A stretch of DNA of 64,000 nucleotides from Podarcis vaucheri. Lineage: Eukaryota. The notes under the pieces are model-generated. The model was not told the origin of the DNA, searched no databases, and saw only the letters and a list, made by a program, of their open reading frames with translations. Positions 60,400 to 64,000 of the stretch are shown here, one piece after another (within the stretch, counting starts at the first letter, position 1; every line of letters begins with the position of its first letter). Both the position numbers and the translations under genes were made by a program. The stretch lies in NCBI GenBank assembly GCA_965113315.1, contig OZ220364.1; one strand, written 5' to 3'.

Positions 60400-60570
60400 T
60401 CCCTTTTTCTACACCATGTATTATTTTATACACCTCCGTAATATTTCCCCACTTTTTCTCCCTTTTTTTGAAACAAAAGTTCCAAATGCTGTAATATTTT
60501 CTCATATGGCAGTTTCTCTAGCCCCTTGATCATTTTAGTTGCCCTTTCCTGCACCTTTTTCAACTCCTAT
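60400..60570 (-). mobile_element. CR1 LINE fragment
   Basis: ccccttgatcattttagttgccctttcctgcacc, a typical reverse-strand CR1 ORF2 segment. Confidence 0.65.
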
Positions 60571-61289
60571 GCTACAGTCCCAACAAAAATACCCCCCATT
60601 CAGCTGCTGTTTGGCATAGGAGGAAAGCTTCTGTTGGCAGCAGTGAGAACTCCCCTCATATGCCAAATAGCTGTCCGCCCGCCCGCCCCCCCCCCAGTGA
60701 GGGCAGGTATCGGAACTGCAGTGTGGAAGGAAAGGGTTAAACCTCCTCCCCATGCACCTGATCCTGACCAGTGGTTGCTATTTACAATCTTTGGAGCAGG
60801 AGATATGCAGGATGTTAAACCATGTGATTAACATCATGTGTAGCTGGCCCTTGGGTAGCCTGTTTAACAATTCATGGGGGGAGGGGATGATAGAGCTCCT
60901 TGAATGGAGATATTCCTCTCTAGTGGCTGCTCTTATTCTTAAGAGACTTTATCACAATAAGGCCATGATCCTATGTACACTTGCTTGGGACCACTAAGAC
61001 TTATCTCTATGTAAACATTATAGGGTTGTGCAATTAATGGCTCTGTGATGAAAGAGTCTGATATTGAGACTATCATAGGACAGAACAAACACCATATAAA
61101 TAACATGGTAATCTGAATTCTTTTCTTTTCTTTAACCTCTCTTTACCTCTTACGTGTTAGGAGGTCCACGATGGAAGAATTCAAAACTTGTTTTTAGTCA
61201 GGTGCAAAATGGAATTGCCACTTAATCAGTTTTGCGGTTTTTTTCTACAATCAAGCATTGTATACATCTTAGGAAATAAATAAATAAAC

Positions 61290-63890
61290 TTTATTGTAGT
61301 ACAAAGAACCTTGGATTTAGAGTGTGGTAAGAATGTGCTCCTATTTTTGCATCCTTCCCACAGTCTGGCTCTGCTGTTGTAAGATTAGAAGAGTAATAGC
61401 AAGAGAACCCATGTAGCTAGCAGAAGGCTCTAATAATGCTGTTATTCAGAGGCAGAATATAGCTGGAAGAGACTTTTATCATGAAATCTGGGCTCTTCCC
61501 CATTCTAGGCAACAGTGTCTTTCAACATTGTGTAGCGGTGAAATGTTTCTTGTTTCTCCAGGAATTGGGGGGGGGTTGTTTTTCTTTTCTTGTGTTGTCA
61601 TGTTGGACATGGTATTTAGAACCTCTTCGGGATATTATCCTTGCACCAGAACAACAGCTGGTCTTATCCGATGGCCTTCTCTTCAACCAACTTCTGTTGA
61701 AGTGCCAACTCCTACTGGTTGAACCCTTCTCTCTCAAATGTAAGCAAATACAAGCCTTGAAGTTTCACAGAGCCTTTCCATTGGGAGCAGCTTGCTTACT
61801 GACAAGTCACTCCTCTGCCACTGTTGTTACGTAGATCCAGTTCTCCAGCAGCAGCAGCAGTCTGTGTTTGCCTCCTTTCATCAGGATTCTTTTAATCTAA
61901 GCTAGCCTTAGTACTTGCATTCTCTGATTTCTGCTGTGTAAAGGGGACAGTGCTGCTGTCATTCTTTTGCAGACATTCACAGTGACTGATTTGAATTTGC
62001 ATGGCAGGTCTGGAGGAGAGCCAAGAAACGGAGACTCATTAGGTTGAATGCCAGCCATTTCCCTTGTTTGTTGAACAGGCAGCAGTAGACGTGACAAGGA
62101 TAGGATGCTATACCAGTGTATTCCCTTCTGCCTGCTAGAGGAACAGCAGTCAGTCAGTAAGAAGTGGACAACAAGATTGGGTAAAGCAAACTTATTTAAA
62201 GGTCTTAATCCTGCTGCCCAGTCAGTCAGATCCTTGCCATCATAGTTCAGTTACAGCTGTCATTGGCAGCTCCAGTACCTCTTCGGCCACTGTGTCAAGT
62301 CTTCAGTGAGTATACTGGCTGAGGGTAAGCAATAGCTTTTCAGAGAACAGGAGGCAGCATTTTGGAGTGACCATTGCCTATATGACATACCATCTTCTTC
62401 TGATCTCTGGTCAAACTAGTTTTGCAGACTTTGTAGCATTTCAAGCGGTCTAGGGGAAGTTGAAGCAACCTCGTAGCAGAAGAAACACTAAATATGCCCA
62501 TTTTAATGTGACCTCTGTAGAAACAATGTTCATTATAAGGAAATGACACTCTTGCAGAGCCTCTTCTACCATTAGGCTAAGTGGGGATACTTCATCAGAA
62601 AGCAGATTTTGGGTGGCCTGAATTTGCAACTAATTTTTACTTCTAATTTATGATTGTATTTTGACTGCCAAGTAGAGGTGATTGTAGGATTTTGTGTCTC
62701 TGGTGAAAAAAATAACTTGGTCAGCCTTGGGTACTGCACACTTTGTTTGGGTTGGAGGGTATCTGCTGTTCCACCTCAGGCAGCAAAATAGCTTGTGCTG
62801 AGAGAAAAAAATATTTTGTTCTTATAAAAAATAAATGTCCCCTTAGGAGTGAAATGGGCTAGAGCAGAAGATCGGGTCTAGTCAGCTTTACTCCTGCTTG
62901 GGCTTGTAGGGGACTGTAGGAAGCTGCCTCTGTCAGGAGTTAGACTCCAAATTGAATAAACAACTTTTCCCTTCTCAGCAGGGTTACCTTCCTCCCCACA
63001 TGTTGTTTTGTGCTGTTGTCAAGCTGCCAGTGTTAGTAGCATTAAAAAAAGGGGGGGGGACTGCTTGCATTGCTCCAGAGAAAGAATAATCCGTACACAG
63101 CAGCTATCTATACACTGGTGGAAAGATGAAGAGTATCTTAACTTATGAACAAGGCGGGACAGGACAGGGTGCTGTTAAGCAAATGACTAGAAGAGGTCCT
63201 CCCACAGGATTTATGTGACTAAACTGAGAAAAGGAAAGGGGATTTCCAAGGAGATGGGATAATAGCCAGTTATTCTCAGGATCTGGTGAGACTCCAAGGA
63301 TGAGTCAGCTACATGAACTAATAGAAACATATCGGTAGGCAGTCTGAGCGAAGCCATTTCCTTGTCTTATTGAGAGAGATGAGCCCAGCTGCTCACCCTC
63401 AACCTTATCATGTTTTGCAGTTTAATGGGAAATGGAAAGCTCCTCCACCATATTCTGTCTACCAAGGTATTTCTTATGTATACTGACTATGCTAAGACTG
63501 CCTGTTGAGATCAGATAGATGTTCAGGAAACAATTCATCCTGGATGCTGCACCATTCTTTGTACCCACCTTACTGGCAGCTGCTGTTTTCAGACTTGGAT
63601 TGTCGCCTGCATCTTTCATCTTGTAGTGAGCTCTTCACGGTACCGCTCTGTCCAGCACAAATTATTTTACTACCCCTGGAAAGATTGCTCCGTGATCTCT
63701 TGCTTCCCTAGGAGTCCATGTTCTGTCTCACTGGAATTTATTCAGAAACATGCATCTCCCCACCACCACCTCATGAATAGAGGATGTTCACAGTCAGGGG
63801 CACCTCTTAAGAAGGAAGCTACGTACCTCAGCACCCCCCACCCCCCAAAAAACCTATTTCCTGCTGCCTTGCAGAAAAATCATTGATCTC
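61290..63890 (-). pseudogene. Putative decayed multi-exon gene (unitary pseudogene or spliced lncRNA), 3' portion; identity unknown
   Basis: Candidate exons 63890-63827, 63707-63569, 63501-63397, 63012-62988, 62449-62391, 62318-62279 and 62134-~61280, all with AG/GT. Frame is phase-consistent apart from a few stops and frameshifts; AATAAA on the minus strand at 61295-61290. Confidence 0.55.
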
Positions 63891-64000
63891 CTATGGAGAG
63901 AACACACAGTTCTCTTTTATTGCCGGATATGAAGTTGCTGTATTACAGAAAAAAACTTAGCCCTGCTCTGTGGGAAACCACCCTCTTATCCCTGTTCTCT

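Noticed and set aside
56841-64000. EGR1 coding sequence
   Set aside because: No C2H2 zinc-finger ORF or CpG island in the window; expected further downstream by synteny only.

Overview
Vertebrate genomic DNA, most likely a squamate and probably a lacertid lizard (inferred from the BovB, L2, CR1, tRNA-SINE and MITE content). Two complete + strand genes were reconstructed exon by exon, with GT-AG boundaries and consistent phases. KDM3B has 24 coding exons (669-34876, 1747 aa; JmjC H3K9 demethylase; polyA signal 36006). REEP2 has 8 coding exons (40747-56840, 266 aa). Each starts in a CpG island, and the order matches the conserved KDM3B-REEP2-(EGR1) synteny. Introns carry many LINE, SINE and DNA-transposon relics. 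The most notable observation is at 61.3-63.9 kb on the minus strand: seven exon-like segments with canonical splice sites splice into a largely phase-consistent frame broken by a few stops and frameshifts. This looks like an unidentified decayed gene (unitary pseudogene or spliced lncRNA) converging on REEP2 at back-to-back polyA signals. All coordinates and translations were read by eye; no database search was run.
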